This document shows, piece after piece, positions 28,475-41,210 of a DNA stretch of 64,000 bases; the first letter of the stretch is position 1; each line of letters begins with the position of its first letter. The notes beneath the pieces were generated by a model, which worked only from the letters and a program-made list of their open reading frames with translations, was not told where the DNA came from and made no database searches. The position numbers and the translations under genes are program-made. This DNA is from Guillardia theta CCMP2712 (taxonomy: Eukaryota; Protista; Cryptophyta). Location of the stretch: contig NW_005434655.1 in the NCBI RefSeq assembly GCF_000315625.1, forward strand, positions 892,672-956,671, written 5' to 3'.

Positions 28475-28719
28475 GAGCTGGGAACGAGCTGATCTCCCCT
28501 TCCTCGGCCTGTTCTCATATCCTCAACCATCGTCGCCGCCTTGTTCGCTCCGGGATCCCTCCGGTCTTCATAGGGAACAGAGGGGCGCAGCAGGAGCACA
28601 GCTGTCGGGCCCGCCTCAATTGAATCTCGTAAAAAACCAAACTGACGGCGCACCGTGACCGTCATTCAATGATTCATAACCTTGGTGAAGTAGTTCAGGA
28701 CGGTACGCCGGGACATCCG

Positions 28720-28790
28720 GAGAGTCGAGGAGGCTTGACCCTGACACTGTCGCACAGGCCAAACGGCGAGAAGAGACAAGACAGTCCCCA
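28720..28790. repeat. Dispersed repeat family, copy 3
   Basis: GGAGAGTCGAGGAGGCTTGACCCTGACACTGTCGCACAGGCCAAACGGCGAGAAGAGACAAGACAG. Confidence 0.8.
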
Positions 28791-28943
28791 TGGTTCTGCC
28801 CCGGCCTTTTGATGGAGTACAATATTCAGTATATTACAAGTCAATCACAAATACCCAGGAGTGCTAATAGATCGGACACATAGTAGGGCTGATCTATCCA
28901 ATGCAGCCTGGAGACGGAAACCGATGTTTGGAATCACAGACAA

Positions 28944-30335
28944 TCAACTACAAGAGCGCGTCAAATCCATGAGTTGCTCTTCATAGTCTCCCACTCTTTG
29001 CCAGATCTGATGAGTCATTTGCAATTCGTTGCGGTCATTCAGCAAAAGTCCAGCATAGTGACATTGATCCTTGGTGAAGATCGCAGTCTGATTGTGCACA
29101 ATAGTAAAGGATTTCTTCTCCTCGTCGAATTGGAGGTATCTTTCGGTAATGTGCAGCTCTGTTGGAGGAGCATCGTAATGAACGAGGTAGGAGGCATACA
29201 AGCCCGGGCAGCAAGGATGAGGGTACGGGGTTCCATCCAGCTTAATTCTGAAAGCTTCGTGCCACTCTGTCTCAAAGACATCCAAATATTTGGGAAGCTT
29301 CAGCTTCACGTGCACCACCGAGTAAACGATGTTGTCTTGATCTGCTTCATGAGAGACATGAATCTGGAGCATTCGCTGGAGAAGAAACTCTTTCACGCAT
29401 TTGAATCTTGTAAGAACACTTTCCAGCGCCATCTTGGCCTCGCTAGTCTCCATCATTTTTGAGATTGAGGCGGTCAAGACAGCTGAAACCGCCCCAAAAG
29501 TCTTCTGCATCATTTGAAAGCTGGTCTGCAAGGAGCAACTCGACGAGATAGGATCGAACATGAGTACCCCGGAGACTTCCCTCAAATGATCTCCATTCCA
29601 CATCTTAACAGGCCATTCTGGTTGCGCCAGGAAATCTTCAACATGCACAAAAACTTGATTCGCAGCTCTGTCGAGGTATATCCTTAGTCGTTTCTTTGCG
29701 CTGCGCAAACCAATACCGCTAGCGACAAGCATTCGGCAGCATATTTCCACGTGGTCGCTGTCTTTGAGAGTAGCAATTCCATTCAAAAACACCGTGACGT
29801 CGGTTGAATTGAGAAAATGATGGAAATATTGATTTTCAATCGCAAGATCACAATTCTTGACTTGCGTCACTTGGTGCACAGGTTCGCTGGCTGATTTTGT
29901 TCTAAGCTTACCATCTTCAAGATCCGAAACCACCAGAAGAAAATGCGACTTGCTTGATAGAAGGCCATTGTATATGTCATTCTGGGTGAGAACCGTTTCA
30001 GGTAACTTGATCGTTTTAGGGATCGTTGTGCTCGAAGATGATGCAGCTTGATCGCTGCCCTCCGGCGTAGTTGAGAGCGCTAGAACATGTCGCTTTGCGT
30101 CTTGGAGAAGTTGCAACCAGGTACGACCAGCCTTGAACATACCAATTTTCAACTCAACTTCATCAAAGTTTGGAACCAGACTATCAAGTTTCTTCTGCAG
30201 GTCTCTCGTCCTGCCTCGCTGTGCTTTCTTGCTCGATGCGCTTTCTTTGTATTTAAGAAGCTGGTTTGGGTTTACTCCCATCCGAAGATGATGGGAAGAA
30301 GATTGGTTAGAGCCTTGTCCTAGATTGTATTGCAT
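28944..30335 (-). CDS. Intronless bHLH + PAS-like putative transcription factor
   Basis: KKAQRGRTRDLQKKLDSLVP...RTWLQLLQDAKRHVLAL matches helix-loop-helix spacing. It is followed by a PAS-like segment (FLLVVSD..SASE..FHHFLNSTD). Confidence 0.6.
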   Translation of the reverse strand: MQYNLGQGSNQSSSHHLRMGVNPNQLLKYKESASSKKAQRGRTRDLQKKLDSLVPNFDEVELKIGMFKAGRTWLQLLQDAKRHVLALSTTPEGSDQAASSSSTTIPKTIKLPETVLTQNDIYNGLLSSKSHFLLVVSDLEDGKLRTKSASEPVHQVTQVKNCDLAIENQYFHHFLNSTDVTVFLNGIATLKDSDHVEICCRMLVASGIGLRSAKKRLRIYLDRAANQVFVHVEDFLAQPEWPVKMWNGDHLREVSGVLMFDPISSSCSLQTSFQMMQKTFGAVSAVLTASISKMMETSEAKMALESVLTRFKCVKEFLLQRMLQIHVSHEADQDNIVYSVVHVKLKLPKYLDVFETEWHEAFRIKLDGTPYPHPCCPGLYASYLVHYDAPPTELHITERYLQFDEEKKSFTIVHNQTAIFTKDQCHYAGLLLNDRNELQMTHQIWQRVGDYEEQLMDLTRSCS

Positions 30336-31931
30336 CGTTTCTGTAAACTCAACCGAAGACTGGGCTCATTCGCGGTTTAGTTCAGTTCTTTCGAGTTAGG
30401 GAATGAGATCACGCTCAAGATGGTGGCCGAGTGAGCGTAGTGAGATGGAAGGGAGGGTATGAAGCGACAGGAACAAAGTGCGAGTCAGATCGACGAGATT
30501 CGCAAAACCCAGAGGTGGGCGCTGCAGGGAGGCACGGGGGGGGGCACGGGACGAACGTAGAGGGCAGGCGCAACAGGAATCCAGTGGGTGGGGTAGTGAC
30601 GAATTGACCGGTGCGGCAGGTAATATCACATCCATTGGCTCAGAAGTAGGGGTTAAACAACCTCGGAGTATGGGTATAATCGAACCAATTAGCGTCTCCG
30701 AGGGGTGGGTGATCAAAATTGTGGTTGATGGTAGCGAGCCAGGGGTATTTGGGGAAAACCTGGTGGAGGAACATACCGTATTGGACGGTGAAACACGGGG
30801 AAAGCAGGGGGTGGGTGCGCCATGGGTCAAAAAAATTGAGTGAGTAGGGGTGGTTGTACTGTATGTCGTGACCATGTTTTTTAAAATCTAAGCAGAGGAA
30901 AGGACATGGTGTTGCTGTAGTACCGGGTACTGCCCGTGACCCGCTGTCTCCCACGATATGCACTATTAATTATAAGGGTGGGGTTATCTGATTCATGGTC
31001 CCAGACATGTAGGGTCCTGCTCAAAGGCTAGAAGTAGTTGTAAAGGCTGACTCTATCAGAATTTTTTTTCGTCAGGAAGTCGAGTAAACGTGAAGCGATG
31101 CGATCCCATGCTACAGATCGCATCGCTTTCTACTTCACTGGGAGTAAATGAAAAGACCCACCCCCTCAATCGTGGAGATGAGAGGGGTTATCAGTAGGTA
31201 CGCATTTACCCGCCCTCAGCCATATGTTTTCATATGTTATAAATTTCTAGGGTTAATTTGAATTTATAGTTTACAAATCTTGCTTCCAACCATTGTGGCC
31301 GGGCATTTTGGATTGGACATCGGTCACGGAGCGAGCCCGACCCTTTTAAAAAGTCCACGAAGGGGTGGGGTAGGGACATGAGGACATGCGATGGAAAAAA
31401 AAATGGTCCGTGAGATGTCTCTGTGGATCACGAGGGGACAGGGGCAGCGGTCGGAGCACTACCCCTGTATCATTATGATAAAATAGGGGTGGTCTGAGGA
31501 GCACGATACCGACGGGCAAAAGGGTTCTATGTTTTACTCGTTTCAGCCCGTGCCCGGTCGAGTTTAAAATACGTTTTCATCACCGTTACTGGCAGTTATT
31601 TGGCCTTCTTGTTGTGCTGCGCTCAAAGTTTTAAGCTAAAAATGAGAACTTTGAGTAAAAGAACAATCAACCACCCCTCATCCCCTCTCCCCCATCGCTG
31701 TCCCCCAAAACTTGACTTAAAATTAGACCTTGTGAACTTTACAGCAGCCACAGCAGCCTTGGTAGTGTGATCATCGGATATCGGAACTTGCGGGGCCCGG
31801 AGTCGAGGGGCTTTGGAAACTAGGAAACTATGATGGTACGGTATGTCACAGTGTAAGTTGACCAGCCTCTCTCTCAGTAAGCCATGATGCGGGTCCGAGG
31901 TCAGTCCGAGCGAGGGTCAGCTGAGCGCAGG

Positions 31932-34900
31932 CTAGTTTTCATTACGTACAGGTGGGCCTAAAGCAGCTGTGGTGCCATCGGATGCTATCGGCGGCAAGCG
32001 ATCAAGTTCCTCCAGTGTCACACCCGCCTCTGTGAGCTTGGAGAGCAAATATGCCTCCTCCAGCTCTTTGTTGCCTTGTAGCTGCAGCCTGCAAGCTGAT
32101 GTCACTCGACGAGCATTGATAGCAAGGCGAGCTCAAACCTGTCCCACTCATAGAAAGGAATGGAGACAACAATCAGACCCTCTTGTCGAAGAATTTTCTC
32201 TTTCCATCTCGACTCTGTAGCAGGCCAGTGAGATCAGAACAACGGAAATCGCACGAGCTCAAGCGCCGGCTACCAATCGATCGCACATAGCGGAAAGAGT
32301 CTCCGTCGGCCACTCGGTTGAAATGCATGGGCCCATCAACCTTGAGAAAGCTCTGAGCTGAGAGCAACTAGTCTGTTCCCTCCCTCCTTACCTCAACCGC
32401 CACAATGGCTTTCTTGTTCTTGAAGAGGACGATGTCAATGAGGAAGATCCCGCTCAAGAACTGCGCCAAAGCAGTGACAACCGTGATCACGGAGGCAAGG
32501 CAAGTCAGACTTACTCTATACTCCATGCTGTGAGAGAATCGCATTCCTTGTAGACAAGAAGAGACGCCTCTGTCACGAGGAGCCGTAAGCCGGCGCACAA
32601 GCTTGCATGCAGAGAAACCTGTGTGTGACAGAGGAAGGGGGCAGCTTTCTTTCCTTCCAGGTCGCTCCAAGTTTCTTGAGCACCTTCACACGGGTCACTT
32701 CAAGTTCTCCAGGACGGCATAATCATCTGACCTGTCTCAGCTGTCCATCATGTTTCTCTGATTTCCGTAATGGCGAAACTGCGACTAGAGCCTGAAGAGA
32801 TGCGTCAATGTTTCCAGCAGCTCCTCTACATGCGCTCACTTGTGCTATCTGGGTAAGATTGGCTGCTCGACATTCGTCCAACCTTGCAAAGATGGGCTCT
32901 AGCAGCAACTCGATGTAATCAAGCCGCTCTCTGGCATGCAGCATTAGCTCCTTCCTCCTTCCCTCCTCCTTCCCTGCCCTTCATCCTCTCTCATTCCTCC
33001 TCCCTCTTCCCTCGCGGTTTCTATCTCTTCTTCTGTGCTCTTTGATCCCCATCCGCCCCTTTCCCTCCACTCTTGTCCATTTTCTTGGTTACCTCCCCAA
33101 GACCACGTGAATCCATAACAAGCTTGACAGGTCATCAATATCCCCTTTGCTCAGCTGCCTATTTTAACAGTCAGGGAGAAACGAATGGACTGTCGAAGAG
33201 GTTCAACAAGGTAGCGATATAGTCTTCGAGAACATGCATGTGAGAGAATTCCTGCATGTCCGTCAGTTACAAGCGCTTAATCCAGCATCTTGAGCTCACG
33301 TTCTCAGCTTTCATACAACTCCATGACAGCGAGGAGACGGATGAAAGATCCCAGCCGGAGCGTTTCAGCCATCCCTCTACCCGGCAAGCGTAAGGTGTGT
33401 CCGAACAGGACCGGAAGTTTCCTACCTTCAAGAAAGAGACGAAAGCACTTGTCTTGGATCACTCTCGCACCTTTGTAGCAGCCGCTCACTGTGAATGCCC
33501 TGAAGCATTTTTCAGTTTCTTCTTGCTCACTGATTTGTTTCCTCCCCTCCGATGCGCTTGGCCCTCGCTAATCCGCTTGCCGTCTTTGCGTGAACCTTCC
33601 CTCCCTCCCTTCTGTGGCTCCCTCCCTCATGTTCTTTGTGGCTCCCTCCCTCATGTTCTTTGTGGCTCCCTCCCTCATGTTCTTTGTGGCTCCCTCCCTT
33701 ATGCTCCTTCTTCGACTTGCCATCTATTGTTTCATCTCGGCTCTGCCTTTCAGCCTCGAACCTCTTTTGCTCGCCTCTTTCTCTCTCCTTTCTCTTTCTT
33801 ATCCTCCTCCTCGGCTTTCAACTCGGTTGAGCCTCCTGCATTACCAGATCGCCTTTGTGAGTTCAGAAGGAGAGAAATTCTTGAATTCTCTGCGGTTGGG
33901 GTGAGAGCGAGAAGTGGGAGTGAAGCTGGCGATGCAAGAGGAGGACGAGAAGAACGAAGAGGAAGCCCTAAACCCTAAACCCAAAGGCGCTTTAGGCTGA
34001 CCTTCTGCTGAATTCAGCAATTAGGAGCTCAAGGATCGTCATGGAAGAAGGCGAGCTGTAGAAGAGAGTGAGCAGTTCCAGCTTGACTGAGCGTGCCATC
34101 ACCGAAGGTAGACGATAGTCCAAGCGATCGCACAGAGACTCTGACGTGAGAGAGGGGAAAGGGGACGACGGAACGGAACAGGAATGTCAGAATGAGCAAT
34201 GTTTCTTGAACGTGATTACCTTATTCGACACCTTTGACGTAGACTTTGCTTGTAGGATGCACGATGAAATCAGCTGCACCATCTCTACTTTGATAGACTT
34301 GGATGGAAGCTAAAGAGCTACTTAGTGGACAAGAGGGAGCGAGAGGAGGAGGAGGAGGAGGAGAAACGATAGTGAAAATGCACAAGATCGACTTTCACCT
34401 TAAGGATATTGACCAGAAGTCTGCTGCAGGTTTCGAGGTCCCACACCCTTTGCATCCTCTTTAGAGCCCGTCCACTACAACGATTCGAATCACCTTTTCT
34501 TCGATCCAGAGTCGCACGATCGGAGGCAGTCTATGAGGAGGGTAAAGAATTTTCTCCCTGCCGTTTGAATTCCGTGGTCATCCTCGGCTTCTCCAACGTC
34601 ATGCAGCTCTTGCTCTCTACTCCTGCGGTACAAGGTTCATCGATGCAATGGGGTTGGAAGGGAGCAACTTGTCCATGCCATCCGATTTTTCCAGCTCCAC
34701 GTCATCCATCTTGACCACGTTGGAAGTTTGCTGAAACGTCGCAAACAGCGAGAAAGATCTTGTTAGGATGCAAAGGCTGTGATTGTTGAATTGATCCATC
34801 CCTCGGTCAAGGATTTCCTGCCTCAGAGTTTAGCCTGCCCTTCGTCTTTCTGACCTGCTTTGCACCTGCTCGATTGAACTCACAAATGACTCCTTTGCGA

Positions 34901-36597
34901 AGCCTGTCGACGTGTAGGACCTGTACAACGGTCAACTGACAGAACATCTGTGTTCTCTGCACCATAAAATCACTGAAAGTCCTTGTTCGTTAAACTTATG
35001 CAGCCCTCGTTTTGTAATCTGATCATGGAGGAATAAGCGGAGGAAAGGACGGGGGGGAGGAGGAGGAGGAGATGGAGATGGAGATGAGGGGGGAAGAGGA
35101 GGAAAAGGAGGAGGAAGGAAGAGGGGGAGGGGGGGAGGGGGGGAGGGGGTGGAGGAGGAGGAAGGAGGAGGAGGAGGAAGAGAAGGGGATTTCGACCTCC
35201 TCTTCGCTGACTTCAAACAGGCTCTTAAAATTCTCACTGCGTACACCAATAGTCGCAACCGCCCAGAGGACGTTGCCGATACCCTTGACCGAGTCAACAG
35301 ATGAACTGATTGTGCGGAGAGACTTTTCACCTGCTCACTGAAAATTGAAATGCGAGGGCTCAAAATGCGCTGAGCAGATTCGACAGACTGAAAGGAGTTC
35401 TTCTTTCGCGCCTGTTGGAGCTGTATGCAGGGAGCAAGCAAATGCTCCTGGAGTGAATCGTCAGGTGCTTCTAAGGTTGATCAGGCAAACAGGCGCAAAA
35501 ACACAAGAGCAAGGTTCTATTCTCATTGTGGAAATGTGTTGAACATCATTTCATACCTGAAACTTCAACAGCACTGCGTCGGAGGTGAAGCCCACTGTAG
35601 CGAAGGCCCACAGAATGTTGCTGAGGGACTGCAAGGCAGTTAGGGAGATGCAAGAAGCAACAGCATGAGCACTTGAGTAGTGAAGAGCTGTAGGTTCATC
35701 TTCAACAAATCCTTCTCCAGTCTGAGAGCAAATGCGGTCACGATAAGGCAGAGGTACGGGGCGTTCTATTTACCGAGCAAACAACTTCTTGTTTGGAATG
35801 TTGAAACAGGCGAAAGACCATGCGAGACTTCCAATGGACTGCGAATAGAGTAAGGTAAACTGTCGTCTTTCATACTTGCAGTCATAGAGATGATTTCGAA
35901 TCTGTACTTACCACATGCCGGAAGTACATGAAGCCGAGAGTGATCAAGTGATCTCGGAGATAACGGATCAGCCCCAGAACATCGCTGTCTTGCAGGCGAA
36001 GCTTTGCAAGTGCATGAGCAAGAAGAGGAATGATGTCTATATCAAGCTCTTCTCCCCCTTTCAACACTCTCTGATTGATTCCCCTAACCAAAGCCACGCA
36101 CATCGATTTTTCTTTTTCTGAAAGTTGCGCCGGGGCCTGCAGGAATGTTCATGAAAATGAGGGGAGAAAAGCGGCGGCGATGTTACAGATACCTGCAAGC
36201 GCGACATTTTCTGCAAGGCATGCACACCATCTGAAAGACTCAGAGCCAGACCTTTGCTTCGGAGAGCTTGAAGGACATCGAAAAGATCCTCCGAGCTTGT
36301 CACCTCGTTGATCTGCTCGCGGACGCTCTCGCAGTGGTCATCGCAGCCCTGCTGAAAGGACAGGAGCCTCGGCTGCTGCCAGGAGGTGCTCCAGGGCCGA
36401 CGAGACCTCAGTTGCTTCACCGGCAGCCAGGGGATTGTTTCTCCTTTACTCAGACACGAAGTTGAGAAGTTGAGAGCAAATCGGTTCGACCTGCTCGACT
36501 TGTTGCGATTCAGCTGCACTACGACATGATTGCACCTGCTGTTGATGACATTCCCACAATTCAGCGCAAGCCTGCGGCCATGAAATACGCATGCCAT
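31932..36597 (-). CDS. Helical-repeat (OPR/FAST-like) RNA-binding protein with C-terminal RAP domain, multi-exon
   Basis: RAP motifs FLIDIVL..VAVEV-DGPMHF and RWKEKILRQEGLIVVSIPFYEWD. OPR-like segments SIGSLAWSFACF and LLAHALAKLRLQD. The N-terminus resembles a targeting peptide. Confidence 0.75.
33613..33705. repeat. 24-bp tandem repeat, ~4 copies, intronic
   Basis: TGTGGCTCCCTCCCTCATGTTCTT units. Confidence 0.85.
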
Positions 36598-37708
36598 GAC
36601 CCGTTAGTTCATGCCTTCAAACCCAGCATGTGATTGTTTCCATGCATGTTTGTGCCAAATTATCCGCCACTGAAGGCGAAGAGAAGGGAGAAATGTTGAA
36701 GCTAGCCGTGTTTTGACCACTAAGACTTACAAGATTCAGTTAATTGAGCGCGTGTCGGGCAGCCCATGGCTGATCCAGCCCCTCGATCATCGGGTTACCC
36801 TCATGCATCCTTCAGTGCATGATCAGCCTTTGATTATCTTGAAGCATCGCAATGCACCGCGACTCTTCTTGCTTTGATGTTCTCCATATTCCTCCTCCTC
36901 CTCTACAGCCACCTCTGTGCGAGTCAGCAGCTCAGAACTCGCTTATGTCACCATCTCGCACATGTCGCAGGGTTGTCGCACCCTGCCAGGCTGTTGTCGC
37001 GGGGTGCAAAGGACTTGGGCGCCGGGCCGGCGGCCGCCGCCCGGCCCGGGCCGGGGGGCGGCCCCGGCGTACTGAGGCCCCCCGGCCCGGCCCCGGCCGG
37101 TACGGTCGGATGCGTTGGGCTCCGACTCGGGCAACCGGCGCCGGCGGATGCCGGGCCGGACGCTGCCAGGAGGCTCTCCGAGGGTCAGGCGGTGACGGAG
37201 CACTGGCAAGTTTGTTAGACTTGTACTGTCAGTGTGCCAAAGCAATGCCGTAGACCGGACGGACACTGATCGGCATCATATCGACCAAGTTAGTTGACGC
37301 CCAACAAGACAGTCACAAGTTTTGCTCAAAACCGAGTTTAATGCACTGTGCCACGAACTGACCAGAATTGAGGAGAGCATGAGAGATAGACTGTATGCTA
37401 GGATGCATAATGTTCAGCGCCGTACTCGGTAGTAACAGGCTCGGCTGCTATCTCGGACTGGCACGGCTGTCATGCGACAAGTTTGTGAGAGTTTGCTGGA
37501 CGCCGGCCCGCCCACTGCCGTGCCGCCCGGCACCGCCCAGGCCGCGGGCACGGACTCCGTGCCGCCCGGCCGCCGGGTGTCAGTGTGCCAGTGTAATAGC
37601 CTTGAATTGGCCCTGAGCCTCCGAGGCTCACTGACTCGTATGAAAGTTGTTTTGATTCACCGGACTTCCAAGGCGCCAAGTTTCGACAGTTTTCAAGCCT
37701 AGGCCCGT

Positions 37709-38840
37709 TCAAGTTTGCAAAAAATTCATTACTGTATCATAAACAAAAAAGTTACTGCATGATTTGTAGCTGCTCGTAGCATCTTGCTTTCAATGCCATC
37801 AAAAAGACCCCAATTCCTCCACGGGTATACAACTCGTAAGCAGTTTCAATTGTGGTTGGCGCCCGAGTCTTACCATCCGTGTTTTGGATAGTAGTCTTGA
37901 TGACGTCCATGGGATACACTGGGAGCCAACACGCACATCCGCTGAGAGCGCCAGCCAGGAGAGGAGCAAACATGCCAAGACCTTGAATTACCTGTTGATT
38001 CATCAATTGTGAATAAATGACGAAGTAAATTCCATAGGATGGAGTCTCCCGCAGTATTGTGGGTCCAAGTCCTCGAAACAGAAAGCCTTTGATTCCATCT
38101 GATCCAATGATAATGCGAGCACATTCTAGTTCAGATTTGTAAGTTCCTTTCTCAGCAGCTTGACACATGATTTTGATTCTCTCTATCGGATTTACAAGAA
38201 AAGATGTCACAAAACCTGAAAATAATGCAGCACAGGTGAGTTGTGCCAAAGGAGACAGGCTTGCAAACATAGAAGTCATCTTTTCTGCGTCCAGCGCAGC
38301 ACTATTTGCCGAAAATGCGACAGCTTTAATGAATGCCTGGCCAACCATCATGGTAGAAACTCCCCCATAGAATCCACCAAGGCCTTCTGTTTTCAGTACT
38401 TGGATGATGATTTGCTTCATGCCCACTCCCCTTGCCTGATCCTCCTTTCCTTGTCCAAAAGAATACACTTGTGCTTTCGTTTTGAGGGTATCGAAAGGAA
38501 ATGCAGCACCTACCCCGACCGCACCTCCTAAGGAACCAGCTACAAGCGCTGCTAAGGCTGGAGGAATGGCCATGCGTATGGTTTGAACACACCCTTTCTT
38601 TCTTGCTTCCCTATGAATTCTTGGCAATCCTCCAATATGATTTGTTTTCATCGAAATGGATGTCGAAGAAGAGATAGACGAAATGTAACCCGGTAAACAG
38701 AGGGCTTGAATTGCTTCGGGAAGGAATAAGGCAGACGCCAGAAGGAGCATCAAATTTGCCTTCATGGTCCTTCGTTTAGACGACAGCAATCTACACAAAC
38801 ATTTCAGAGCGACTTCGATATGCTTCACCTTCCCCATCAA
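37709..38840 (-). CDS. Mitochondrial carrier family (SLC25, carnitine/basic amino acid-like) protein with bipartite presequence; C-terminus frameshifted as given
   Basis: Three PxD/ExxK signatures (PFDTLK, PIERIK, PMDVIK) and a signal peptide MKANLMLLLASALFLPEAIQA. The conserved last helix is recoverable only by adding one T in each of two T runs. Confidence 0.85.
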
Positions 38841-39680
38841 TATGCGTCACCTCCCCAAATTCCGTACCGCACAGATGTACATTCCATTTCAAGATGCGAC
38901 TTAAGTATTATCAGCCCCTCCGGACATGCATCGCATCAAACAGGTGTAGAGACAGTTTCTCAAATATGTCTTAAACTTCTCAACCATCGCTCATCGCAGC
39001 TTCGCTTACGCTAAGCTATCCTCCCTTGTGCTTCTATCACTGCTATTTGCGAACGCTTTGCTTGCTTGTACCATTCAAACTCCATTACTCTACATCGAGC
39101 TTTCTTTCCATCCCCACATCCTTGGTAGAACCTCCCCGATCCCCCACGCTTTCCCCCTCCTATATCCCACCCTACCCCACCCCACGCCACCCCACCCCCA
39201 GTCTCATCCACCCCCATTGCTTCATTCTATGGAAAAGCCACGCACCCACCCTCAGTGGGACACCACCCTTGAATTTTGTCAAGTACCAGAAATTTTCAGC
39301 AGCAATGACTGATAATAAAACATATTAAGTCTACAAAGAAAGATCTTTTGGTACCTCTTGCAGTACTGCTCTGCCATGATGATGAGTAAAACAGTGTACC
39401 ACAGACATACAGAATATGGAGGCCTTCCCGCGGCCGCCCCGACGGGCCCGGCCGGGATTGTGATCGAGTCCTCTTGGTGGAGAGTCAGATCGTTGAGTAA
39501 AGTTGTGTTTGCCTGGCATTATTATAGTACCCCCTGTTGTCCCTGGCTTTGACCGTCAAATAACTAGCTACGAAGGGGTAGGGGTACAATTCTGAACAGT
39601 AAAATACATATAAAAAACGAGGCCCCTGCGCAAGAATTGCTTCACTGATCGCTCACGTTTCAATCGTTTTTCTTGCTTCA

Positions 39681-39740
39681 ATCTCGTCTTCGATCTCGTC
39701 TTCGATCTTGTCTTCGATCTTATCTTCGATCTTGTCTTTG
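39681..39740. repeat. 12-bp tandem repeat x5 upstream of a small gene
   Basis: ATCT(C/T)(G/A)TCTT(C/T)G units. Confidence 0.8.
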
Positions 39741-39856
39741 GATCCAGGTCTCTCCAGACATCTCTTCATTTTCCGTAACAAAGATATCGTGATACCTCGG
39801 CAACTGCTTGCCGCAACAGCATCGCTATCTGCAAGACCCGTGAACAGCAGACGAAA

Positions 39857-40210
39857 ATGTTCAAGAGCATGCGAAGGAAATCAGTAGCATGCCTCAAGTC
39901 CGAAGATCCTGAAAATCAAAAGCTTGACGCACCTCCATCAAAGCACTCTTCGATACGCCGCGCTTCAGCCGTTCCAGCTCCCTCAGATTTCAATCCAACG
40001 AAACCAGAGCCATTGGAGACAAAAGTCGCAGAGGCCTCAAGGAAAAATCGGTACGGCTGCCCATCTAGGCTGAAGCAGCTGATATGCTTGGCAAAATCTG
40101 TAAAATTTATTCGAAGCGAGAGAAAAGTGCGTGATTCTAGCGGCAAAATATTGAACGTGGGAACTGGAGCGCTCGAAGAAAATGAATTGACAGACGAGCA
40201 GCAGGGATGA
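39857..40210 (+). CDS. Small hypothetical protein, paralogue A
   Basis: Shares KSVAC and EASRKNRYGCPSRLKQLICLAKSV with the convergent ORF 40791-41210. Confidence 0.7.
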   Translation: MFKSMRRKSVACLKSEDPENQKLDAPPSKHSSIRRASAVPAPSDFNPTKPEPLETKVAEASRKNRYGCPSRLKQLICLAKSVKFIRSERKVRDSSGKILNVGTGALEENELTDEQQG

Positions 40211-40790
40211 GCTTTTCCAAAGGTCACCAGGAACTATTTCAAATTCGTTTCTCTACGAGGATCGACTATCAGTGCAATTTTGATGGATGGCAATGGTCTT
40301 GGTGATTGTCAACCTAGGGAAAGAAATTTTGAGGCGGTCACTTAGTGCCTAGGTCTTGTTTGGTTAGTCCAATCAGTCATTCCAGCTTAACGAATCAAGC
40401 AATTACGTTCGTCAAGTCCTAAAACTCAGTAAGACTTAGACTGCCATCTATATATAGTAGCCTGTTTCCCTCTGAGTTCCGCGATTCAAATCATAGTCCA
40501 GGATACAGGAGAATCACACGATCATAGTAGTGAATCTATGGAAATGTGGGTAATTTTGAAGGTGATCTGTGAAATGTAAGCAGAAATATTGACTTCCTCT
40601 CATCGTTCCTATCTTGAATTCTTCAAGTCATGCACAATAGAGTTATGCTATCAAATTTGTCAGTCTGCTGACTTAAAAGTCATACACAAATGAATGAAAA
40701 AATTCCTCAGTCCAATGTTGTGTCAAGAAATCAATATTTATTAAGAAAAGGAACATGATGAAAGATGGGAAATGAATTTTAGAAATCAAG

Positions 40791-41210
40791 CTAGCTCATA
40801 ATCTCCTCCAAGAAACATGCTTTTGGTGCCTCTGAGACGGTGGCCGAAGCATGAATGTTTTTTTTTGACTTGATGTTCCTCACGGACTTAGCCAAGCAGA
40901 GCAGCTGTTTGAGTCTTGATGGGCAACCATACTTGCTTCTTCTCGACGCCTCTTCTACTCTTTTTTCCAATTCTGCATGGTGGTTCGAATTGGTATCATC
41001 CTTATGCTGCACCAGCGAAGGTCGACGGCGATCACTTGAGTATACCACCTCTGATTCATTCAAAACCAACTCAGGCAAGGATGATCGTCTGAAAGTCGTT
41101 GAGGGTCTCATATTTGTCGAATGAATCATGTGTGCCTGCTTGCAAAATCCGGTTTCTATAACGTGCGAGGTACAGCAAGCCACAGCCTCCTTATGTAAGG
41201 ATTGTGACAA
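40791..41210 (-). CDS. Small hypothetical protein, paralogue B
   Basis: Shares EAVAC and EASRRSKYGCPSRLKQLLCLAKSV with paralogue A. The start codon is uncertain (TTG in the ORF track). Confidence 0.65.
   Translation of the reverse strand: MSQSLHKEAVACCTSHVIETGFCKQAHMIHSTNMRPSTTFRRSSLPELVLNESEVVYSSDRRRPSLVQHKDDTNSNHHAELEKRVEEASRRSKYGCPSRLKQLLCLAKSVRNIKSKKNIHASATVSEAPKACFLEEIMS

Noticed and set aside
31093-31145. Helitron 3' terminus
   Set aside because: The hairpin is present, but the following CTGG is not followed by T and no 5' TC end or Rep/helicase is visible.
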